The notes under the pieces were generated by a model, which was not told where the DNA came from, did no database searches, and saw only the letters and a program-made list of their open reading frames with translations. 64,000 nucleotides of DNA from Azolla caroliniana (lineage: Eukaryota; Plantae; Polypodiophyta): the NCBI GenBank assembly GCA_043228905.1, contig JBHGNT010000017.1, positions 5,704,001-5,768,000 of the forward strand. The letters are read 5' to 3'. A program made the translations under genes and the position numbers. How positions within the stretch are numbered: the first letter of the stretch is position 1; each line of letters starts with the position of its first letter. Of this stretch, positions 1 through 12,700 are shown in pieces.

Positions 1-1930
1 GGATAACAATAAATCACGATCATATTGTCTTATTGGTTGGTAAGAGTTATAAGATTTTGTTTCACCATGAATTACCCACATTACTAATCTCCTGCCTGAT
101 ATTAGGCCTAGCATATACAATTTCTTTATCTCAAGCTGAGTCATTATTTAAATGTCCAATGTTGAAATTTGAAAATTGTCCATATATATTTGTAATTATC
201 ATGGGGGTCATTATAAAATGTCCAATGTTGAGAAATGCCAGAATGAGTTGAAACCTTAAAACAGAATTCTTAAAAAGATGTATGCAAGTGTGAACGGATT
301 TCCATTGAATCCTACTCATCAAAAACTTACTTTGCCCACAATACAACAGAAAACAAATTCTTCTCTCTTATTTATCTATCCAATAAGGCCTTTGATAACA
401 TTTCCTGATTTTCCACTAGAATCAAGATCTTGCTGTTCATGACTGATATACGTTCCTGGCATTAAAAGTTTGTATCTTATTATCGTAAGAACATTAAAGA
501 AGTTGCTTTAGATCAGGAAGTAGGACCATAACTTAGCAATATTGAGTGAAGTTGAAGTTGAATTGCAGCCAAAAACGAATGCAGGATGTGGACTTATCAA
601 CGTAGAAGCCTTAGAAGACACGGATGCTCCAAAAAACGAATTGGTAACATTACTTTCCGCCAGAGTTCTTGTATTTTGGAACTCAGACTGCAAATTGGTA
701 AAGCGGTTACTATCAATCAAAATCCTAAATAAAACCTCAAGTTTAAAAACGCAACAAACAGTGTACAGATTCCTTTAATTGCATTGTTAACTGCCCATAA
801 TAAAAATGGTGATTCCTTATTTGTGGATTCAGTTCTCTTTTTTAAGAAACATGGGAGAATTTGAGAATGGAACTTTCAAGTTTCAAAGTACGCAAGTTGA
901 CCTAAATTCGGATTTTTATTATATTTATAAGATACTTTGTTTGGAAAACAGTCATATTTGTCAAAGCTACTACAATGGGAAGAAACTACCCAAGTAACCT
1001 ATATAGGAAATGAAATTAAATATAAAGAGGTAATGCAAGGCCTCCACATTGTGTAGCCCAAGACTATGATGGACTTGGTCTATGTAGTGACTTTCATCGA
1101 AAATTTTCAAAGCATTAATCAATCAATCATCATGAGCACCCATGTATTAGGATTAAGTAACATCTTGAAATGTCATATGACCAATAATAATCTTTAGAAT
1201 CTAGATTATGAAGCTTAGCTAAATGGGATGGCTTCGGACACATTATTCATCGTATCTACAAATGTTGTTGGTGTATCTATTTGAGACTGAAAACAAAGGT
1301 ATATATATATATATATCTTCTAGGCTCAATCCTATTTCACTAATTACCTCATAAATTAGCATGAGCATCTGTGGGCTTAAAAAGGTGACTAATGAATGGA
1401 TAGACAAGAGAATTAAGGCAAAGTGAGGAGAGCAAATAGGTACTTGCCAAGAGATAAAAAAGCAAATCTGCAAGTTGAAGGAACAATACAATGCAAACAC
1501 AATTTTATCAATTACCAATAAACGTTTCCAACATTATAGAGGACAATGAATGGTAGAGTTGTGAACAAAGGTCATAGGTTAACATGTACTCCATCAAGAT
1601 ATTTGGACTAATCATATAATTTCTACATATCATAGGACTTGTATATAACAATGCTATTCATTGTTGGCATCTTGTGGTCATATAAAGGATTATACAGAAA
1701 CATTCAACCTACAATGTCTACATCTCATTAGCTTAAATTTAATTAGAGGAACCTACACGAAGCTCTCGATGCTTAAAATTAGCTGTGTAAAGTTCAATCT
1801 ACACTTTTGCTATTCAGCCATATTTTTAAATGCTAAAGTGACCCATAGAACGTAATAAACGTGTTCCTGCAAGCATACAAACACGTTTGAAAAGGGAAAA
1901 ATGTGTGTTCCTTCTTCTTCTTATTCTTCT

Positions 1931-1995
1931 ACTAGTGGTAAGTTATTGTTCTAGTATTGCTTATGTCTTGGGTTCAAATCCCAATTTCCCCCCCC

Positions 1996-2044
<49 letters not shown>
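1931..2044 (+). repeat. Degenerate tRNA-like A/B-box remnant followed by a ~57-nt poly-C tract
   Basis: CTAGTGGTAAG (A-box-like) about 1932 and GGGTTCAAATCCC (B-box) about 1970-1982, then C-run 1988-2044. No intact cloverleaf. Confidence 0.4.
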
Positions 2045-2046
<2 letters not shown>

Positions 2047-2690
2047 TCTTTAGTGTCATGTCATAGTACAAGTTTATGTTAGTGTCATGTTTTCTTCATA
2101 TTCTTGAATATATGTTTTATGAGTTTTTTAAAGTTTGATTATAATTTATAATGACATAATTTGATTCAAACTCTATAGTTCATACTCTCTCTCTTTTTTT
2201 ATTTCTAAAGTGAAGAAATTGATACCTTCACTAGTTGCGAGATGTGAACATTGATAATTGCAAGATGAGCTCATCATCAATACAATTATGACTTTGAATT
2301 ATTTGATTATTATGTTTATGCTTTCTAATGTTTAGTAGTTAACTAATTCCTAAGTTTTGAACCTTCAATTGTGTTGACATTTAATTCAATCAATATATAA
2401 TATAGACCATAGTCATTTTTTGAAATTCCAATCTTTATTTGTTTTCCAACTTATAAATCCAATCCAACTTTGAGATGATTTACCATAAACATTTGATTGA
2501 ATCATTCTCGAATGCAAATGCACGTACGACACTATGGTTCATTCTACATATAGATATAGATATGTCATGTATGTATCACAAATCCTTGCCTATCTTTACT
2601 CTACCAAATCTTTCAAACAAGCTTTTACCAAGACCACCACATTGTATAAAAAATGTAAGCACCAAAAACTCAAGTATTCATTCATATCCT

Positions 2691-3194
2691 TTATATCGTC
2701 GCATTTGCCTCTTTATGATGATTACATGTATGGATATAGTCAGAGAGAGAAGGGTTTCGCAACACGTGCTTGATTCGGGCAATTTCTAAAACGACTAGAT
2801 GCCATTTCCAAGGTGTTCCAACAGGTTGTCTTGTTGTAGCTAGCTCATCAATGGGCGACGATTCTTCGATGATTTCGAGATGCGAGAATTGTGTGAAATG
2901 GCGCGCCACGAAATTGATCAGGCACTGTGACATGCGTTCATATAGAGTGAAGCCACAATATCCGCTGGGCCCGATGTCGTGGTAGACATCAAGCCACACT
3001 TGCTCAAAAATCGGGGGCTCGATGGTGGCAAGCATTTGGAGGTATGCAAGCTCGCTGGCGCCATCGATGTCGAAGACCAAGTCATACACGGAGATGTGCA
3101 GGCTCCGCTCACGAAAGTCGATGCATGTGGTCCATCCCAATCGCTTCGCAATATCCTGTTGGATGTCGACAGGGAGTGCATGGAGCAGTTCCAT
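2691..3194 (-). CDS. Putative intronless hypothetical protein (167 aa from the ATG at 3194), divergent from ECM29
   Basis: Open frame (part of ORF 2691-3470). It is much more GC/CpG-rich than the flanks and has globular-looking composition. The N-terminus LLHALPVDIQQDIAKRL resembles the start of an F-box. No family recognised. Confidence 0.45.
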   Translation of the reverse strand: MELLHALPVDIQQDIAKRLGWTTCIDFRERSLHISVYDLVFDIDGASELAYLQMLATIEPPIFEQVWLDVYHDIGPSGYCGFTLYERMSQCLINFVARHFTQFSHLEIIEESSPIDELATTRQPVGTPWKWHLVVLEIARIKHVLRNPSLSDYIHTCNHHKEANATI

Positions 3195-3556
3195 TTGGGG
3201 CAGGGCAGCTCGGGGGGGGGGGGGGGGGGGGGGGGGGCTTTGCCACACTAGTGACTTGAGACGAGCCAATCGAGAGATCTCTTTACGAGAATGGTTCGTA
3301 ATGTAACGAGCTATTGTCGTGCCATATGTGAAGAAGAAAAAAGTGTCTCGAACTATATACATATACATATTGCCTCTTTGTGTGAGTGTGCTTTTGCGTT
3401 TTTTGTTTGGGTAGAGAACGCAAGAGAGAAAAAGCACACTACCAAAACGCAAAAGAACAAAGAAACGCAAGGGAGAAAGAAGAAGAAGAAGAAGAAGAAA
3501 TAATAACGAGAGAGAGAGAGAGACCTTATTAGCACGCCGCCTCCTTCCCTCAAGCG
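3195..3556. promoter_or_regulatory. Probable bidirectional promoter/5'UTR region with poly-G, (AAG)n and (GA)n tracts
   Basis: 362 bp between two divergent ATGs. G-run ~3212-3238, (AAG)n ~3477-3499, (GA)n ~3508-3523; GAGA elements are typical of plant promoters and 5'UTRs. Confidence 0.5.
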
Positions 3557-3711
3557 ATGGCAGAAGAGGACCAGGAAGCGCTGTTGGAGCGATTTCTGAC
3601 TCGTCTCGCCCTAACAGACGACAGTAAGCTCGAATCTGTACTGAAGAAGCTCCTTCCTTACGCTATTTCTTGCTTAGCTTCTCCTCGTCAATCCATAAAA
3701 CAGAAGGTTAG

Positions 3712-3742
<31 letters not shown>

Positions 3743-6700
3743 GTTCCATGGATTCCTTTCTGATTTCATCTGTTTTTTATTATTCTTTCGAGTTCGATTT
3801 GAATGGACATGTTCAAACGATCCTACTGTAATTTGTATTCCAAACCAACGTAAATCATGTTCACATGTTTTTCCTGAGTTTCTTTTGAGAAAATACAGAA
3901 CTTGTTGCAACATTTAACTTGCTCAAATTTGCAGTATACAAAATTTATCCTTTTTTCATACTCAAATCTTTGTGAAGCATTGTAGCAATCCTTATATAGG
4001 TAGAGAGTGAACTTCACTAATCTTATACTTGCATAAATATTAGATATTTAAATATCATTAAGCTACATGAAAACATTGTAACAATGTATTCTATCTAACT
4101 TTTGTACCAATATTCTATACAATTTGACAAAAGTTCCATTTTGGGTTTAAGAGCATCTATAAGCACGTGTTCTGAATTTTGGTGTGGCCATCAATACTTA
4201 CTATTCCCATTTCCTTAGCATTTGGGCTGAGATTTTCCTTATATTTGTGATCTTGATTGATTCACACTCTAAACCTCTTGGTAGTTATGAAGGCTTATAA
4301 AATGATATAATATCAATTGATTTCATAGAGAACCTTTATCGTTTTCTCTTCGATGATGATATTGCTAATTGATATACTATAATAGAGTGATCTGAATTCA
4401 TACAATAAATTGGAAAATGTGTATTAACCCCATTGTATATGAATAAAATGAAAAGGAATTGAGTGATATGAACTAATGTCATTAAATTGGATAAGGAAAT
4501 AATGTTGTTCAGCCCCACAATGTCACTTGGTTGGAAGATGGTCTATTATGAGGCCCTAGTTTTACACATCTTGTAGGATGGATTGCTTCCCTTGTCTCTT
4601 ATATGAATACACATCTATCTTATACATTCAGTAGTGTGATAGAGAAAATTAAGACCTCTCAATGTCAGTTATGCATTGAGACAGGTAGGTATGCATGCAA
4701 ATCTATGTAAGAGAGGATCTATCAATTGCGCTATCGGAAGTGGATCAAAGAAACACCATATTTGCAGATATGCATGAAAATTTCAGGAAGATCAGATTTG
4801 CGAAGTTGTGCCATCGAGACATGGAATTAATGGAACACAATGTTTATCATTGTATTGTTTTTGAGCAAATACCACTGCTTCTACAAAAAAGCATGAAAAT
4901 TTCAGGAAGATCAGATTTGTGAAGTTGTGCCATCGAGACATGGAATTAATGGAACACAATGTTTATCATTGTATTGTTTTTGAGCAAATACCACTGCTTC
5001 TACAAAAAAATCTTTGACCAATACAAAGACCAATAATGCTTGGAGCTGCTCTTGCTAGAAATAAAGAGTTAGAGAGTGAAGTTGTTGAAGGCAGTAATAC
5101 AATTGCAAAATCTCATCTACAAAGAAACATTAAAAAATTCTTTAACTCCATCACTCGTTATGCTACAAGTTAATGAAGGGAAACACAAGTGGGATGTCAA
5201 CCACAACATTCGAAAGGTGATACAATAGATCAGACGATAACAATTTGTTGTGCATATAGGCCACATCCATCGGAATCTGGCTCTTATTACCCTTTTTATT
5301 GACAAATCAATGCCATTATCACCCAACACTGAAGATTTTTCACTTATTCTGGAGATGTCTCCATATTGGATCATATTTTGTGGAGATCTTTCAAAGGCAG
5401 ATGTGTCAATCCATGTAAGCTCAGAAGTTCATAGATCATGAGCATATATGGTACCGTAGGCAACTCAACCAGTTTAGTTATCTTTATTTTGGTTTGTTGT
5501 CCTCAAAGATGATACACCATTGTAAAATATAATCTTTTGTTCAATCTCATAGTCAACTTTGGCCTCTTAAAAGACATTAATAACATACATTTCTTTCTTA
5601 AAAGGTCAGACTTGGCCATATTTGAAGTAGAGGTATACTGATTCATCCTCAAACTGTAGTGGAGTGCCATTATTAATTGTCTATAAAACTTACTTGCATT
5701 CATCCTCACGTCAGGGTTCATTCTTTACAACATATTGGCTCTTTGAGTCCTTATTGAGTAGGAAAACCATAAAAGAGGATATATGGTTGCTTTATGGATT
5801 TTTTGAAAGCCTTCAACACCATGCAATGTGCTGGCTTCATGCAGAAATTAGAAGCTCTTTTAGTCCCAGTAGATATGCAATGGGGAATCTATGCACTACA
5901 TGAAAAGTGCGCATTCTTATTGGTTTTTCCAAGATAATGGTTAGCATGATTGGAGGAAAAACAAAATTGTCCACTTCAGCCACTCTCTTCGGTCTTTATA
6001 TAGATGAGATATCTAATTAGATAGAGAGATTGGGTAGTTCAAGAGCATGCTTACCAGGGGTTTCTGTACTGTTACTACTATATGCCAATGATGTTCGGTT
6101 GATTTCCTACTCCCAGGAAGTATCATTGAACCACCCTTTAAGAACAACAAACCAACCACAGAAGCTAATCAGGGGTTTCTATTCTGATACTACTATATGC
6201 CAATGACGTTCTGTTGATTTCCTACCCCCAGGAAGTATCATTGAACCACCCTTAAAGAACAACAAACCAACCACAAAAGCTCATCAGTAGAGAACAAATA
6301 ATGACTTACTTTAGCTCCAACACTCCTTACGTGACAAGTCGATCAAGGTCTACAAAAGTGGGTTCTCTACAAAGACGATGGAAAGGGGTTAACAATAGAT
6401 AAAGAAATAACAATATGTCCTGCATGTAGGGCATGACCATCTAGACCATGACCGCATCACCTTTGTCATCAACCAACGTTGAAGGTGCTTCCCTTGCTTT
6501 GGCAATCTCTCTATCTTGATGTGGCCCATGGTGGAGATTTTCTGAAAGCAGAGTTTCAAGCTATCTGAATTCAGAATATTAAGTTATTAGGTATCTAAAG
6601 TCTTTAGCGCCTTGTTTTTTGCTATATTTACCTTTGGTTTGTTCTTAAAGATGAGAACACATTCTAAGATGTAATTTCTTGTTTGATCTTCTAGCCCATT

Positions 6701-9700
6701 TTGGCCTCTTAAAAGATGTTACTATAGCTTTCTTTCTTTCTATGGTACTCATGAACTACCCTTTGAACATGTGATTAATTAACAAAGTTTTGTATATTGC
6801 AGGTGATGGAGATGCTTACTCATATTAATAAAAGAGTTAAAGGACAACCTTCCATCAAGCTTCCTCTATTGGATTTACTCAAGCTATATCAGAATGAGAC
6901 TTCAACACCAATGGTTAAGAGTTTCTCACTTGTTTACATGGAGATGTCTTTTGATCGCTCTATAAAGATGATTGAGGTCTTGTATATGTTTGCTGTTGGT
7001 TAATCTTCGTAATTTATGCAAACAATTAAACCTTTAGTAATCAGATTCTAGACTTTCTAACTTTGAAGCTTATGTAATTTTTGCCTATTGCATGGATGGA
7101 TATGTGATACATGATTATCTCAGGAAGATGGAATAGTTTTGGCACCGTCATTATTGGAAAACATATCTAAAGTTTCTGCACAGCATCAAGATATTCTTCT
7201 ACGAATGGCTGCAAAGGTATTTATGTTACATTTTATGTGGTAGAAAGTAGTCTAATTGAAATGCAAATAGATAAAGGATTCCAGATTTAAAATAAATAAA
7301 TAAAGACATCTCATAGATGAAGAGAGTATATTACCAGAAACTTTTCCACATATTTCTGAGATGTGCAAACTTTCTACATTTCAGTCATCTCCAAATCTCT
7401 TGTACATTCAAAGATGTGTAGTTTCCATAATTACCTCTAGATTGTTGCTAAAATATCCCACAAAATTTGGAACATTCTTTTTCATCGTGATGGAACAAAT
7501 GTGATGGTCATCAATTGAAATATCCGGAAAAGTATTATATCTTTCATTTCGACCTTAAATTTAGACTGTGACATTTACTGAATGTACCATAATTGGTGTT
7601 GAGCAGGAAATGGAGAAATATTCATCAGAACTCATGAATGAAACCAGTGCAGAGAAGTACAAGTTTGTAAACAATCCAGCTGACCGGGATGTTTTCTTAG
7701 ATTTTTGTTTACAGACAATCCTTTATCAGTATCAATCTGGTTTACCTGAAGGGTAATTTCCATATATTCTTGTTGAATCACTTCTTCAAAAAAACTGATT
7801 CAGGGTATAAGTTAGATTAAACATGTTACATGCAGGACTGGAAATGCTCCACCAGGCCTTTCCAGGCTTCAGGTAGCACGAATATCAGGAAAATCACCCC
7901 TCCAGGGCGAGTCACTTTTGAACCGAAAGGCAAGTCTCTTTTATTGTCCATCTAATAATTGAAATCACGTTTTTTGGAATACAATAGTTTTGAGTTGATA
8001 AGCATACTCTGTTTATTGAACAGATCAGCCTGCTAAATGTATCTACGGGGCTGAATGTACCCATTGATACTATTTATCCCTTGTTGATTGTAGCATCTGT
8101 AGACAGGTGGGTTTGTGTATTTTTACTGTGGAGATTCTAGTCATATTTGCTCTCCCTTAGTTTTGTCGGGTGACTGAATTACTTTGCCCTCACAGAGGTG
8201 CTGAAATAAAGTTGCACGGCCTATTAACGTGATTTTTGCAGTAACGATCGTGTATCAAAAAAAGCTGAAGAACTGTTGAAAAGGAAGGCTACTGGAGTAG
8301 ATCTTGAGAATTCAATGCTTGTAGGAAAGCTGTTTTCTATTTTTCGGGGTATGAGAACTTAATGCAGTCATAACTGTGGGTTTTGCTTGCAAAACTGAAC
8401 ATTCATTCTAATCAATGGAAGGATAGGCTTCAAATTTTCGTTTCTGGCTGCAATTTACCCTGCAGCATCTATTATAGTCGTGTGTTCTTACTCACATTAA
8501 TTGTATTTTCTGATTAACAGGTACACAAGGAAGTGAAACTGCTGCAGATGCAAAAGTTTCTCCAGCAAGTCCTGCTGTGAAAGTAAAATTAATGAATATC
8601 TTCACTCACTCCATTGCTGCTGCAAACTCTTTTCCAGCTACTCTTCATTGCATTTTTGATTGTATTTGTGGTAATGACCTGACAAGATTTCTCTTTTTCT
8701 TTCTTCTTCTTCTAATATAATTTAAGAAGTAAAAAAAGTTCGTGCAAGTGGCTGTATGAAGTACAGTTATCAGTGGCTTCAACAATATTAGATATCAATG
8801 GTTTTATAAAATCGTTTTATGTTCCATCACTTCATTTCTAAACATATTATGTTAAACAAGTTATCATTCTTAGTTAGTGCTGGCAGCAAAATCTCCTTAC
8901 GCTATTTCAGTGACTACAATGAATAAGTAACTTGTTGAGTGATAAAAGCCTAGACATTTACATCACTAAACTTATTTCTGTTCACCATCTGATTTAGAAG
9001 GAACCTAAATCATACACGTGAAAGGGCTCCCAAGGTTTGAAATTTGGTCTCATGAGCAATTCTGTAGTATTTTACAAACGAAAATTTGTATGTGTCTGAT
9101 ACATAACAAGCTCTTAGTTGTTTAGCAGTATCATGGTTGATTGTCGTAGATTGAAGTTAGATTCTCAGATCTATATCAGTCGTGTGATTAACAATGTCAA
9201 GGCTTGACTTGTCTTTTTTTGTCAGGAGATAATTCATTTTTAAAACTAAAGCAGGCTGGCATGGAGTTCGCGATTTGGGTATTCAAGCATGTAATGAATT
9301 TGACCAGATTATGAGTCACAAGTTTTGCCCAAAATTTCAATCTGGTATTGACATACTAATTTATATCCTGATAAAATGCTGCTAATTGTAGGCGAGGGAC
9401 GAACAGATGGAACCTATGGCTCCTATTATTCTATCTGGAATATTAAAGCTTCTTACTGATAATGCATCTTCTAGTGAAGCAGGTGTTTTCTCCTACCAAA
9501 TATAATCAATGATTGCTTATGCTTTTGCATCATATTGATTGGCTGAATTGACGTTTTAATCTATTCAGATACCTCTGTTAAACAATTGAAGATGTTTGCT
9601 TATCAAGCAATTGGCCAGCTGGGGCAACGAGCACCGCATCTTTTTAGGTAAACTGCAAACAGATCTGAGACCAGAATCTGCACTTCTATTTCATAATCCA

Positions 9701-12700
9701 TCCTCTGCTCACCAGAAAGGAAGATCCCTGCATATTCTTTTCTATGGCATGCTTTTTCAGGAGGTTGCATTTTCTTTTTATGCAAAGATGATTGCTTCCT
9801 GAGTCATGAAAAGATGTTTCATGATAATAGAAGCTCAAAGAAATATACAAAAATTAAATGACCAAAATGGAATATAATCAAAGGAATATTGCAGCATGAG
9901 CTTCCAAAGCATTTGGAAAGCTACAGGAAAATGTACAGGTTGGCTTGCATAGGCTGAAAGTAATGATCCTTTCGAAAGTTTCACCATCTGAAATACATAT
10001 CAATGTCGTTGTGTAATGATTCTTCTCATGCACCAGCTTCGATTAGATGTTAATATCTTTTCTCTTATTTGCCCTTAACACTCTTGATCCCACTGGTATG
10101 CTATTTCCATGTGAACTTTTTTATATTCTTTGCTGATATCTCATGTATAAATATTATTGAATTTGTTGGCCTTCTGGTGAAAGACTGCTTGATACCCTTT
10201 CTGTTACAATTTACATGCTCATTGTTTCCTTTTTTATATATCATTCACATTTATAATGGAGATTTATTTCTTGCGTCAACTGTAGTTGTATTATCCAAAC
10301 TTGTTTAAAAAATAATTTATGTTAACAGGGGTAGCACAGATGTTGTACTGCAACTATTTGAGGCATTGAAGATTGAGCCAGCATCATTGCGATTTACCAT
10401 ACAGGAAGCCATTACTTCTCTTGCACCTGCATATAAGGTATGCTTTCTATTATGCTGGCTAAAAGCACATATGCATAAAGCCAACGAGGAAACATTTGTC
10501 CTACGTCATAATATTTGAATAAAAATGGTGCATAGCCTTCATGAAGCTTTCCTGCAAAATGCTAGAAGCAATATAATAATGTACAAAACGTGGCTATTCT
10601 AGGCTTTTATGTAGTTGAAAAGGTGCGCACATTCACCATCCATTATGCAAAGGCATGTAACCTGAAATGCAAGTAGGTTTGTTAAATATATCCGTTTTGT
10701 ATGCAAGTATAATGGGGCTTCAGAAAGCTGATTACAAATAAATCCAATGTGCGTCCAAATGCTACTTTTCATCACACTTTTTTGGGTGACAAAAAACAGG
10801 TTGCAGTCTCTTTATTATATAGATGTACTGGAGATTGTAGACTTATTTTCAAGAAAATGATAAGAAATGAAGAGTGTTTATCACCAAAGAGTCAACACTA
10901 TTATAACTATATTCACACCTAACAGCTACTTAACTAGGTTCATACAATTCTAAGTATGTTCACACCCAACAGTTACTTAACTAGGTTCACACTATTATAA
11001 CAATGTTCACACCAAAACTTTCATAGGATACACATTTACGTGTAACAGGCCCACATATTCCATTCATGCATAGTGTGCCAAACTCTTGGTTAAAGAGGAA
11101 ATCGTGTCTTTCTTATTTCATAAAAAACACTACAGTGACAAACATAGTGCTCTTCAGAATCCACTCCCCGATGACACAATTGGCAAATTCTTTCTTCTAG
11201 AGGCATTCTTGCATATCTGCCTACCTCGATCTCTAACTGATGTGATGATGTTCGCAGCATCCCTATCACACTACACAACACATAGGACAGATGTATATCC
11301 ATATAAGATGGCCTGCTGATGGATCCATCCTCCGGCAGGTATAAAAAGTGTTCCACTTGGCAGCCATCTTCATACGAAGAGATTTTTTGGGGCTGATCCA
11401 TGTTCATCTGCTATCCAATGTGATAATATTAGTTGGGATCATTATGTTCTTTTCCGCTTTGGTCAAGTTTATTGGGGACAATCCATTCTATATTGGATTG
11501 AGGGTAGTGTGTTTATGCTTATGCCATTTGATTCAAACCATTGTTGTGTCTTAGCACAATGATTATCTTCGTGTTCACCAAGTTATTTTGATGAAATAAG
11601 TGCCAATCTTGCGAACCTTCCTTTATGCAGCTTCTAAAGCTGTTGGATTTATTGGTCACTGATCGCAATAACGCCTCAGTGATTATTAGGGCTCTCTTAT
11701 TTTCTCTGGAATTAAATCATGGGATGCCTGTGCTTTGCTCCTTACCATGTGGGCAATCATTGTGACTAAAGTTATCTGCAAATCTTTCTAGTTATTCACC
11801 ATGTTAAGACTTGGTTCCTAAGTTTCTGCCCCGTAGGGAAGAGTTGGTATGATGAGTGTATCAAATAGCCACAATTTAGTTCATGGCATTTGGAATTGTA
11901 TATGTTCACATTATGTTTCAAGAGCATGAAAGGCTGCATATCCACGAGAAAGTCGAGCACATGCAGCCTCCTGTAAGGAGAACTGAGGCCCTCTGAATGT
12001 TACTCCTAGGTATCTGTAGGATTTTATTATGCCTCGTTTTCCCTTCCCCAAGAAGAAATCTGGTTTTGATCTTGTTACCCAGGCTTGAGTGGTGTTGAAC
12101 ACTGTCACCTTAGTTTTATCTAAGCTTATTGACAAACCTTTGTCCATAAAAATGATTTAAAGATGTTTAGATGTCTATGTAATACCTCTAGAGAGTTGGA
12201 AATCAGTACAATATCATGAATGTAAATAATCAACCGTGTGATTATGTGCTGCGGAATTAGAATAGAAGTGTGTATGTATATGTATGAAGAAGGAATAGAC
12301 ACCAGATAGACAACAAAGCAGAAAATTGTATATTCACAAGAATGATAACCAACTGATTACAAAGGAGAGGAGAAGGTGCATGGTCACCTTCTCTCTACAT
12401 TCTGTTACTAAAACTACCTCTCGCCATGTGATTGGATGTGCCGGAGTCGACAAACCATACATTTTCCGAACCGGAGGTGCTGGTTGGACCAAAGGCCGAC
12501 ATAGAGTTCACTCTATGCCTCATCACGAACATTCCACCATAATCTTCATAGTCGGAGTTCGTGGCGTAATTGGTGAGTTGGGGACTTGTGGAAGCCCTCT
12601 CACGCTTCTTCTTTTGGCACTCTTCCTCATGGTGGTAGAATTTGCTGCAATATCCGCATTCGACAGGGTTGTTTTGTTGGCTTGTTCCGGCATGAAAGCT

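Noticed and set aside
1-1900. Short ORFs and a KAFDNIS RT-like motif near 380-410
   Set aside because: Too degraded to delimit; possibly an ancient LINE remnant.
1931-1985. Functional tRNA gene
   Set aside because: Only A/B-box-like motifs; acceptor and anticodon stems do not pair.
3195-3470. N-terminal extension of ORF 2691-3470 including a poly-Pro run
   Set aside because: Runs through low-complexity promoter/UTR sequence; the poly-Pro comes from the G-run. The ATG at 3194 is the more plausible start.
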